Below, piece after piece: positions 53,310-64,000 of a stretch of DNA of 64,000 bases. Origin of the DNA: the human T2T-CHM13v2.0 reference genome, Homo sapiens; NCBI RefSeq assembly GCF_009914755.1, contig NC_060940.1. One strand, given 5' to 3'. Positions within the stretch are counted from its first letter, which is position 1, and the number at the start of each line of letters is the position of its first letter. The translations under genes and the position numbers were made by a program. The notes under the pieces were generated by a model, which saw only the letters and a list, made by a program, of their open reading frames with translations, had not been told where the DNA came from and made no database searches.

Positions 53310-56300
53310 ATGATTCTCAGAAACTGTTTTGTGATGTGTGCGTTCAACTCACAGAGTTTAACCTTTCTTTTCAGAGAGCAGTTAGGAAACACTCTGTAAA
53401 GTCTGCAAGTGGATATTCAGACCTCTTTGAGGCCTTCGTTGGAAACGGGATTTCTTCATATTATGCTAGACAGATGAATTCTCAGTAACTTCCTTGTGTT
53501 GTGTGTATTCAACTCACAGAGTTGAACGATCCTTTACACAGAGCAGATTTGAAACACTGTTTTTCTGGAATTTGCAAGTGGAGATTTCAGCCGCTTTGAG
53601 GTCAATGGTAGAAAAGGAAATATCTTCGTATAAAAACTAGACAGAATGATTCTCAGAAACTCCTTTGTGATGTGTGCGTTCAACTCACAGAGTTTAACCT
53701 TTCTTTTCACAGAGCAGTTAGGAAACACTCTGTTTGTGAAGCCTGCCAGTGGATATTCGGACCTCTTTCAGGCCTTCGTTGGAAACGGGATTTCTTCATA
53801 TTATGCTAGACAGAAGATTTCTCAGTAACTTCTTTGTGTTGTGTGTATGCAACTCACAGAGTTCAACCTTCCTTTAGACAGAGCAGATTTGAAACACTCT
53901 TTTTGTGGAATTTGCAAGTGGAGATTTCAAGCGCTTCGATGCCAATGGTAGAAAAGGAAATATCTTCGTATAAAAACAAGACAAACTCGTTCCCAGACAC
54001 TGCGTAGTGATGTGTGTGTTTAACTCACAGAGTTTAACCTTTCTTTTCATACAGCATTCTGGAAACCCTCTGTTTGTAAAGTCTGCAAGTGGATATTTGG
54101 ACCTCTTAGATGCCTTCGTTGGAAACGGGATTTCTTCATATAATGCTAGAGGGAAGAATTCTTAGTAACTTCTTTGTGTTGTGTGTATTCAACTGACAGA
54201 GTTGAACCTTCCTTTAGACAGAGCAGATTTGAAAGTCTCTTTTTGTGGAATTTGCAAGTGGAGATTTCAAGCGCTTTGAGGCCAAAAGCAGAAAAGGAAA
54301 TATTTTCCTATAAAAACTGGAGAGAATCATTCTCAGAAACTGCTCTGTGATGTGTGTGTTCAACTCACAGAGTTTAACTTTCTTTTCATTCAGCAGTTTG
54401 GAAACACTCTGTTTGGAAAGTCTGCACGTGGATATTTTGACCTCTTTGAGGCCTTCGTTGGAAACGGGTTTTTTTCTTGTAAGGCTAGACAGAAGAAATC
54501 TCAGTAACTTCCTTGTGTTGTGTGTATTCAACTGACAGAGTTGAACCTTCCTTTAGACAGAGCAGATTCGAAACGCTCTTTTTCTGCAATTTGCAAGTGG
54601 AGACTTCAAGCGCTTTGAGGCCAAAGGCAGAAAAGGAAATATCTTCGTATAAAAACCCGACAGAATCATTCTCAGAAACTGCTCTGTGATGTGTGCGTTC
54701 AACTCACAGAGTTTAACTTTTCTTTTCATTCAGCAGTTTGGAAACACTCTGTTTGTAAAGTCTGCAAGTGGATATCTTGGCCTCTTAGAGGCCTTCGTTG
54801 GAAACGCGTTTTTTCATGTAAGGTTAGACAGAGGAATTCCCAGTAACTTCCTTGTGTTGTGTGCATTCAACTCACAGAGTTGAATGATTCTTTACACAGA
54901 GCAGATTTGAGACACTCTTTTGGTGGAATTTGTAAGTGTAGAATTCAGCTGCTTTGAGGTCAACGGTAGAAAAGGAAATATCTTCGTATAGAAACTAGAC
55001 AGAATGATTCTCAGAAACTGTTTTGTGATGTGTGCGTTCAACTCACAGAGTTTAACCTTTCTTTTCAAAGAGCAGTTAGGAAACACTCTGTTTGTAAAGT
55101 CTGCAAGTGGATATTCAGACCTCTTTGAAGCCTTCGTTGGAAACGGGATTTCATCATATTATGCTAGACAGATGAATTCTCAGTAACTTCCTTGTGTTGT
55201 GTGTATTCAACTCACAGAGTTGAACGATCCTTTACACAGAGCAGATTTGAAACACTGTTTTTCTGGAATTTGCAAGTGGAGATTTCAGCCGCTTTGAGGT
55301 CAATGGTAGAAAAGGAAATATCTTCGTATAAAAACTGGACAGAATGATTCTCAGAAACTCCTTTGTGATGTGTGCGTTCAACTCACAGAGTTTAACCTTT
55401 CTTTTCACAGAGCAGTTAGGAAACACTCTGTTTGTGAAGCCTGCCAGGGGATATTCGGACCTCTTTGAGGCCTTCGTTGGAAACGGGATTTCTTCATATT
55501 TTGCTAGACAGAAGATTTCTCAGTAACTTCTTTGTGTTGTGTGTATACAGCTCACAGAGTTCAACCTTCCTTTAGACAGAGCAGATTTGAAACACTCTTT
55601 TTGTGGAATTTGCAAGTGGAAATTTCAAGCGCATCGATGCCAATGGTAGAAAAGGAAATATCTTCGTATAAAAACAAGACAAACTCGTTCCCAGACACTG
55701 CGTAGTGATGTGTGTGTTTAACTCACAGAGTTTAACCTTTCTTTTCATACAGCATTCTGGAAACCCTCTGTTTGTAAAGTCTGCAAGTGGATATTTGGAC
55801 CTCTTAGATGCCTTCGTTGGAAACGGGATTTCCTCATATAATGCTAGAGGGAAGAATTCTTAGTAACTTCTTTGTGTTGTGTGTATTCAACTGACAGAGT
55901 TGAACCTTCCTTTAGACAGAGCAGATTTGAAAGTCTCTTTTTGTGGAATTTGCAAGTGGAGATTTCAAGCGCTTTGAGGCCAAAAGCAGAAAAGGAAATA
56001 TTTTCTAATAAAAACTAGACAGAATCTTTCTCAGAAACTGCTCTGGGATGTGTGCGTTCAACTCACAGAGTTTAACTTTTCTTTTCATTCAGCAGTTTGG
56101 AAACACTCTGTTTGGAAAGTCTGCACGTGGATATTTTGACCTCTTTGAGGCCTTCGTTGGAAACGGGTTTTTTTCATGTAAGGCTAGACAGAAGAAATCT
56201 CAGTAACTTCCTTGTGTTGTGTGTATTCAACTGACAGAGTTGAACCTTCCTTTAGACAGAGCAGATTCGAAACACTCTTTTTCTGCAATTTGCAAGTGGA

Positions 56301-58397
56301 GACTTCAAGCGCTTTGAGGCCAAAGGCAGAAAAGGAAATATCTTCGTATAAAAACCCGACAGAATCATTCTCAGAAACTGCTCTGTGATGTGTGCGTTCA
56401 ACTCACAGAGTTTAACTTTTCTTTTCATTCAGCAGTTTGGAAACACTCTGTTTGTAAAGTCTGCAAGTGGATATCTTGGCCTCTTAGAGGCCTTCGTTGG
56501 AAACGGGTTTTTTCATTTAAGGTTAGACAGAGGAATTCCCAGTAACTTCCTTGTGTTGTGTGCATTCAACTCACAGAGTTGAATGATTCTTTACACAGAG
56601 CAGATTTGAGACACTCTTTGGGTGGAATTTGTAAGTGGAGAATTCAGCCGCTTTGAGGTCAACGGTAGAAAAGGAAATATCTTCGTATAAAAACTAGACA
56701 GAATGATTCTCAGAAACTGTTTTGTGATGTGTGCGTTCAACTCACAGAGTTTAACCTTTCTTTTCAAAGAGCAGTTAGGAAACACTCTGTAAAGTCTGCA
56801 AGTGGATATTCAGACCTCTTTGAGGCCTTCGTTGGAAACGGGATTTCTTCATATTATGCTAGACAGATGAATTCTCAGTAACTTCCTTGTGTTGTGTGTA
56901 TTCAACTCACAGAGTTGAACGATCCTTTACACAGAGCAGATTTGAAACACTGTTTTTCTGGAATTTGCAAGTGGAGATTTCAGCCGCTTTGAGGTCAATG
57001 GTAGAAAAGGAAATATCTTCGTATAAAAACTAGACAGAATGATTCTCAGAAACTCCTTTGTGATGTGTGCGTTCAACTCACAGAGTTTAACCTTTCTTTT
57101 CACAGAGCAGTTAGGAAACACTCTGTTTGTGAAGCCTGCCAGTGGATATTCAGACCTCTTTCAGGCCTTCGTTGGAAACGGGATTTCTTCATATTATGCT
57201 AGACAGAAGATTTCTCAGTAACTTCTTTGTGTTGTGTGTATGCAACTCACAGAGTTCAACCTTCCTTTAGACAGAGCAGATTTGAAACACTCTTTTTGTG
57301 GAATTTGCAAGTGGAGATTTCAAGCGCTTCGATGCCAATGGTAGAAAAGGAAATATCTTCGTATAAAAACAAGACAAACTCGTTCCCAGACACTGCGTAG
57401 TGATGTGTGTGTTTAACTCACAGAGTTTCACCTTTCTTTTCATACAGCATTCTGGAAACCCTCTGTTTGTAAAGTCTGCAAGTCGATATTTGGACCTCTT
57501 AGATGCCTTCGTTGGAAACGGGATTTCTTCATATAATGCTAGAGGGAAGAATTCTTAGTAACTTCTTTGTGTTGTGTGTATTCAACTGACAGAGTTGAAC
57601 CTTCCTTTAGACAGAGCAGATTTGAAAGTCTCTTTTTGTGGAATTTGCAAGTGGAGATTTCAAGCGCTTTGAGGCCAAAAGCAGAAAAGGAAATATTTTC
57701 CTATAAAACCTCGACAGAATCTTTCTCAGAAACTGCTCTGGGATGTGTGCGTTCAACTCACAGAGTTTAACTTTTCTTTTCATTCAGCAGTTTGGAAACA
57801 CTCTGTTTGGAAAGTCTGCACGTGGATATTTTGACCTCTTTGAGGCCTTCGTTGGAAACGGGTTTTTTTCATGTAAGGCTAGACAGAAGAAATCTCAGTA
57901 ACTTCCTTGTGTTGTGTGTATTCAACTGACAGAGTTGAACCTTCCTTTAGACAGAGCAGATTCGAAACACTCTTTTTCTGCAATTTGCAAGTGGAGACTT
58001 CAAGCGCTTTGAGGCCAAAGGCAGAAAAGGAAATATCTTCGTATAAAAACCCGACAGAATCATTCTCAGAAACTGCTCTGTGATGTGTGCGTTCAACTCA
58101 CAGAGTTTAACTTTTCTTTTCATTCAGCAGTTTGGAAACACTCTGTTTGTAAAGTCTGCAAGTGGATATCTTGGCCTCTTAGAGGCCTTCGTTGGAAACG
58201 GGTTTTTTCATGTAAGGATAGACAGAGGAATTCCCAGTAACTTCCTTGTGTTGTGTGCATTCAACTCACAGAGTTGAACGATTCTTTACACAGAGCAGAT
58301 TTGAGACACTCTTTTGGTGGAATTTGTAAGTGGAGAATTCAGCCGCTTTGAGGTCAACGGTAGAAAAGGAAATATCTTCGTATAAAAACTAGACAGA

Positions 58398-59755
58398 ATG
58401 ATTCTCAGAAACTCCTTTGTGATGTGTGCGTTCAACTCACAGAGTTTAACCTTTCTTTTCACAGAGCAGTTAGGAAACACTCTGTTTGTGAAGCCTGCCA
58501 GTGGATATTCGGACCTCTTTCAGGCCTTCGTTGGAAACGGGATTTCTTCATATTATGCTAGACAGAAGATTTCTCAGTAACTTCTTTGTGTTGTGTGTAT
58601 GCAACTCACAGAGTTCAACCTTCCTTTAGACAGAGCAGATTTGAAACACTCTTTTTGTGGAATTTGCAAGTGGAGATTTCAAGCGCTTCGATGCCAATGG
58701 TAGAAAAGGAAATATCTTCGTATAAAAACAAGACAAACTCGTTCCCAGACACTGCGTAGTGATGTGTGTGTTTAACTCACAGAGTTTAACCTTTCTTTTC
58801 ATACAGCATTCTGGAAACCCTCTGTTTGTAAAGTCTGCAAGTGGATATTTGGACCTCTTAGATGCCTTCGTTGGAAACGGGATTTCTTCATATAATGCTA
58901 GAGGGAAGAATTCTTAGTAACTTCTTTGTGTTGTGTGTATTCAACTGACAGAGTTGAACCTTCCTTTAGACAGAGCAGATTTGAAAGTCTCTTTTTGTGG
59001 AATTTGCAAGTGGAGATTTCAAGCGCTTTGAGGCCAAAAGCAGAAAAGGAAATATTTTCCTATAAAAACTGGAGAGAATCATTCTCAGAAACTGCTCTGT
59101 GATGTGTGTGTTCAACTCACAGAGTTTAACTTTCTTTTCATTCAGCAGTTTGGAAACACTCTGTTTGGAAAGTCTGCACGTGGATATTTTGACCTCTTTG
59201 AGGCCTTCGTTGGAAACGGGTTTTTTTCATGTAAGGCTAGACAGAAGAAATCTCAGTAACTTCCTTGTGTTGTGTGTATTCAACTGACAGAGTTGAACCT
59301 TCCTTTAGACAGAGCAGATTCGAAACGCTCTTTTTCTGCAATTTGCAAGTGGAGACTTCAAGCGCTTTGAGGCCAAAGGCAGAAAAGGAAATATCTTCGT
59401 ATAAAAACCCGACAGAATCATTCTCAGAAACTGCTCTGTGATGTGTGCGTTCAACTCACAGAGTTTAACTTTTCTTTTCATTCAGCAGTTTGGAAACACT
59501 CTGTTTGTAAAGTCTGCAAGTGGATATCTTGGCCTCTTAGAGGCCTTCGTTGGAAACGCGTTTTTTCATGTAAGGATAGACAGAGGAATTCCCAGTAACT
59601 TCCTTGTGTTGTGTGCATTCAACTCACAGAGTTGAATGATTCTTTACACAGAGCAGATTTGAGACACTCTTTTGGTGGAATTTGTAAGTGTAGAATTCAG
59701 CTGCTTTGAGGTCAACGGTAGAAAAGGAAATATCTTCGTATAGAAACTAGACAGA
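58398..59755. repeat. 8-mer HOR variant lacking dimer A (1358 bp)
   Basis: The end of dimer E (GAGAATTCAGCCG...CAACGG) runs directly into dimer B (AAACTCCTTTG...GAAGCCTGCC) at ~58410. The next A starts at 59756. Confidence 0.92.
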
Positions 59756-62700
59756 ATGATTCTCAGAAACTGTTTTGTGATGTGTGCGTTCAACTCACAG
59801 AGTTTAACCTTTCTTTTCAAAGAGCAGTTAGGAAACACTCTGTTTGTAAAGTCTGCAAGTGGATATTCAGACCTCTTTGAAGCCTTCGTTGGAAACGGGA
59901 TTTCATCATATTATGCTAGACAGATGAATTCTCAGTAACTTCCTTGTGTTGTGTGTATTCAACTCACAGAGTTGAACGATCCTTTACACAGAGCAGATTT
60001 GAAACACTGTTTTTCTGGAATTTGCAAGTGGAGATTTCAGCCGCTTTGAGGTCAATGGTAGAAAAGGAAATATCTTCGTATAAAAACTGGACAGAATGAT
60101 TCTCAGAAACTCCTTTGTGATGTGTGCGTTCAACTCACAGAGTTTAACCTTTCTTTTCACAGAGCAGTTAGGAAACACTCTGTTTGTGAAGCCTGCCAGG
60201 GGATATTCGGACCTCTTTGAGGCCTTCGTTGGAAACGGGATTTCTTCATATTTTGCTAGACAGAAGATTTCTCAGTAACTTCTTTGTGTTGTGTGTATAC
60301 AGCTCACAGAGTTCAACCTTCCTTTAGACAGAGCAGATTTGAAACACTCTTTTTGTGGAATTTGCAAGTGGAAATTTCAAGCGCATCGATGCCAATGGTA
60401 GAAAAGGAAATATCTTCGTATAAAAACAAGACAAACTCGTTCCCAGACACTGCGTAGTGATGTGTGTGTTTAACTCACAGAGTTTAACCTTTCTTTTCAT
60501 ACAGCATTCTGGAAACCCTCTGTTTGTAAAGTCTGCAAGTGGATATTTGGACCTCTTAGATGCCTTCGTTGGAAACGGGATTTCCTCATATAATGCTAGA
60601 GGGAAGAATTCTTAGTAACTTCTTTGTGTTGTGTGTATTCAACTGACAGAGTTGAACCTTCCTTTAGACAGAGCAGATTTGAAAGTCTCTTTTTGTGGAA
60701 TTTGCAAGTGGAGATTTCAAGCGCTTTGAGGCCAAAAGCAGAAAAGGAAATATTTTCTAATAAAAACTAGACAGAATCTTTCTCAGAAACTGCTCTGGGA
60801 TGTGTGCGTTCAACTCACAGAGTTTAACTTTTCTTTTCATTCAGCAGTTTGGAAACACTCTGTTTGGAAAGTCTGCACGTGGATATTTTGACCTCTTTGA
60901 GGCCTTCGTTGGAAACGGGTTTTTTTCATGTAAGGCTAGACAGAAGAAATCTCAGTAACTTCCTTGTGTTGTGTGTATTCAACTGACAGAGTTGAACCTT
61001 CCTTTAGACAGAGCAGATTCGAAACACTCTTTTTCTGCAATTTGCAAGTGGAGACTTCAAGCGCTTTGAGGCCAAAGGCAGAAAAGGAAATATCTTCGTA
61101 TAAAAACCCGACAGAATCATTCTCAGAAACTGCTCTGTGATGTGTGCGTTCAACTCACAGAGTTTAACTTTTCTTTTCATTCAGCAGTTTGGAAACACTC
61201 TGTTTGTAAAGTCTGCAAGTGGATATCTTGGCCTCTTAGAGGCCTTCGTTGGAAACGGGTTTTTTCATTTAAGGTTAGACAGAGGAATTCCCAGTAACTT
61301 CCTTGTGTTGTGTGCATTCAACTCACAGAGTTGAATGATTCTTTACACAGAGCAGATTTGAGACACTCTTTGGGTGGAATTTGTAAGTGGAGAATTCAGC
61401 CGCTTTGAGGTCAACGGTAGAAAAGGAAATATCTTCGTATAAAAACTAGACAGAATGATTCTCAGAAACTGTTTTGTGATGTGTGCGTTCAACTCACAGA
61501 GTTTAACCTTTCTTTTCAAAGAGCAGTTAGGAAACACTCTGTAAAGTCTGCAAGTGGATATTCAGACCTCTTTGAGGCCTTCGTTGGAAACGGGATTTCT
61601 TCATATTATGCTAGACAGATGAATTCTCAGTAACTTCCTTGTGTTGTGTGTATTCAACTCACAGAGTTGAACGATCCTTTACACAGAGCAGATTTGAAAC
61701 ACTGTTTTTCTGGAATTTGCAAGTGGAGATTTCAGCCGCTTTGAGGTCAATGGTAGAAAAGGAAATATCTTCGTATAAAAACTAGACAGAATGATTCTCA
61801 GAAACTCCTTTGTGATGTGTGCGTTCAACTCACAGAGTTTAACCTTTCTTTTCACAGAGCAGTTAGGAAACACTCTGTTTGTGAAGCCTGCCAGTGGATA
61901 TTCAGACCTCTTTCAGGCCTTCGTTGGAAACGGGATTTCTTCATATTATGCTAGACAGAAGATTTCTCAGTAACTTCTTTGTGTTGTGTGTATGCAACTC
62001 ACAGAGTTCAACCTTCCTTTAGACAGAGCAGATTTGAAACACTCTTTTTGTGGAATTTGCAAGTGGAGATTTCAAGCGCTTCGATGCCAATGGTAGAAAA
62101 GGAAATATCTTCGTATAAAAACAAGACAAACTCGTTCCCAGACACTGCGTAGTGATGTGTGTGTTTAACTCACAGAGTTTCACCTTTCTTTTCATACAGC
62201 ATTCTGGAAACCCTCTGTTTGTAAAGTCTGCAAGTCGATATTTGGACCTCTTAGATGCCTTCGTTGGAAACGGGATTTCTTCATATAATGCTAGAGGGAA
62301 GAATTCTTAGTAACTTCTTTGTGTTGTGTGTATTCAACTGACAGAGTTGAACCTTCCTTTAGACAGAGCAGATTTGAAAGTCTCTTTTTGTGGAATTTGC
62401 AAGTGGAGATTTCAAGCGCTTTGAGGCCAAAAGCAGAAAAGGAAATATTTTCCTATAAAACCTCGACAGAATCTTTCTCAGAAACTGCTCTGGGATGTGT
62501 GCGTTCAACTCACAGAGTTTAACTTTTCTTTTCATTCAGCAGTTTGGAAACACTCTGTTTGGAAAGTCTGCACGTGGATATTTTGACCTCTTTGAGGCCT
62601 TCGTTGGAAACGGGTTTTTTTCATGTAAGGCTAGACAGAAGAAATCTCAGTAACTTCCTTGTGTTGTGTGTATTCAACTGACAGAGTTGAACCTTCCTTT

Positions 62701-64000
62701 AGACAGAGCAGATTCGAAACACTCTTTTTCTGCAATTTGCAAGTGGAGACTTCAAGCGCTTTGAGGCCAAAGGCAGAAAAGGAAATATCTTCGTATAAAA
62801 ACCCGACAGAATCATTCTCAGAAACTGCTCTGTGATGTGTGCGTTCAACTCACAGAGTTTAACTTTTCTTTTCATTCAGCAGTTTGGAAACACTCTGTTT
62901 GTAAAGTCTGCAAGTGGATATCTTGGCCTCTTAGAGGCCTTCGTTGGAAACGGGTTTTTTCATGTAAGGATAGACAGAGGAATTCCCAGTAACTTCCTTG
63001 TGTTGTGTGCATTCAACTCACAGAGTTGAACGATTCTTTACACAGAGCAGATTTGAGACACTCTTTTGGTGGAATTTGTAAGTGGAGAATTCAGCCGCTT
63101 TGAGGTCAACGGTAGAAAAGGAAATATCTTCGTATAAAAACTAGACAGAATGATTCTCAGAAACTGTTTTGTGATGTGTGCGTTCAACTCACAGAGTTTA
63201 ACCTTTCTTTTCAGAGAGCAGTTAGGAAACACTCTGTAAAGTCTGCAAGTGGATATTCAGACCTCTTTGAGGCCTTCGTTGGAAACGGGATTTCTTCATA
63301 TTATGCTAGACAGATGAATTCTCAGTAACTTCCTTGTGTTGTGTGTATTCAACTCACAGAGTTGAACGATCCTTTACACAGAGCAGATTTGAAACACTGT
63401 TTTTCTGGAATTTGCAAGTGGAGATTTCAGCCGCTTTGAGGTCAATGGTAGAAAAGGAAATATCTTCGTATAAAAACTAGACAGAATGATTCTCAGAAAC
63501 TCCTTTGTGATGTGTGCGTTCAACTCACAGAGTTTAACCTTTCTTTTCACAGAGCAGTTAGGAAACACTCTGTGAAGCCTGCCAGTGGATATTCGGACCT
63601 CTTTCAGGCCTTCGTTGGAAACGGGATTTCTTCATATTATGCTAGACAGAAGATTTCTCAGTAACTTCTTTGTGTTGTGTGTATGCAACTCACAGAGTTC
63701 AACCTTCCTTTAGAAAGAGCAGATTTGAAACACTCTTTTTGTGGAATTTGCAAGTGGAGATTTCAAGCGCTTCGATGCCAATGGTAGAAAAGGAAATATC
63801 TTCGTATAAAAACAAGACAAACTCGTTCCCAGACACTGCGTAGTGATGTGTGTGTTTAACTCACAGAGTTTCACCTTTCTTTTCATACAGCATTCTGGAA
63901 ACCCTCTGTTTGTAAAGTCTGCAAGTCGATATTTGGACCTCTTAGATGCCTTCGTTGGAAACGGGATTTCTTCATATAATGCTAGAGGGAAGAATTCTTA

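Larger units (their letters stand above)
1..64000. repeat. Centromeric alpha-satellite HOR array, SF1-type (J1/J2 dimeric), 10-mer ~1.7-kb HOR; probably human chr16 D16Z2
   Basis: Alternating 169/171-bp monomers (CENP-B box at 493, A-box at 662, next box at 833) with typical alphoid motifs (CATTCTCAGAAACT, TTCAACTCACAGAGTT, GGAAACACTCT). Dimer period is ~340 bp and HOR period 1694-1699 bp, seen in recurring ORF offsets (12582, 14281, 15980, 17678, 19377). Alpha-satellite identity is near certain. The D16Z2 assignment (about 0.7) rests on SF1 plus 10-mer/1.7-kb size. Confidence 0.98.

Noticed and set aside
54214-54531. Longest ORF (105 aa, minus strand)
   Set aside because: It arises from a 1-bp deletion in dimer D plus a point change (TTTCTTGT) within ordinary satellite sequence. 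There is no evidence of coding function.
25-63568. About 150 short ORFs (60-105 aa) on both strands
   Set aside because: They recur with the 340-bp and 1.7-kb satellite period, open and close with single SNVs or indels, and show no gene structure or recognisable domain. They are chance frames in alpha satellite and were used only as positional markers.
1-64000. CRISPR-like array or other prokaryotic repeat system
   Set aside because: The sequence between the conserved motifs is itself repeated, with no unique spacers, leader or cas genes. The motifs are alphoid.
1-64000. Transposon insertion (Alu/L1), inversion or non-satellite island
   Set aside because: The HOR unit lengths account for the whole window, all CENP-B boxes read on the same strand, and I saw no poly(A) tail, target-site duplication or foreign sequence.
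1-64000. A previously undescribed biological system
   Set aside because: Everything seen fits known alpha-satellite biology (HORs, structural variants, CENP-B boxes, concerted evolution). Only the specific variant architecture could be unreported, and that cannot be established without comparison to existing centromere assemblies.

Overview
The whole 64 kb window is one uninterrupted, single-orientation array of primate (very probably human) centromeric alpha satellite. It is built from ~171-bp monomers paired as ~340-bp dimers: one monomer carries a CENP-B box and the other a pJalpha/A-box, the suprachromosomal family 1 (J1/J2) arrangement. Five distinguishable dimers, called A-E here, form a ~1.7-kb 10-monomer higher-order repeat (HOR), which best fits the chromosome 16 live array D16Z2 (inferred from family and HOR size, not from a database search). 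Counting from the ATGATTCTCAGAAACT start of dimer A, I find 37 complete HOR units plus a partial one: 30 canonical 10-mers (1694-1699 bp), four 12-mers (2035-2036 bp) and three 8-mers (1358-1359 bp) of two independent origins. I see no genes, RNA genes, transposon insertions, inversions or CRISPR arrays; every listed ORF is an artefact of the repeat. I found no new gene-based system. The interesting content is the array's recorded history: nested tandem duplications (1.36, 1.7, 3.4, 3.7, 4.75, 5.09 and 5.10 kb), a ~21-24 kb macro-duplication, breakpoints mappable to 8-55 bp, an ancestral-looking 12-mer haplotype poor in CENP-B boxes, a left-to-right gradient in CENP-B box integrity, and short conversion-like tracts. 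All counts were made by eye and from ORF-track offsets and should be confirmed by alignment.
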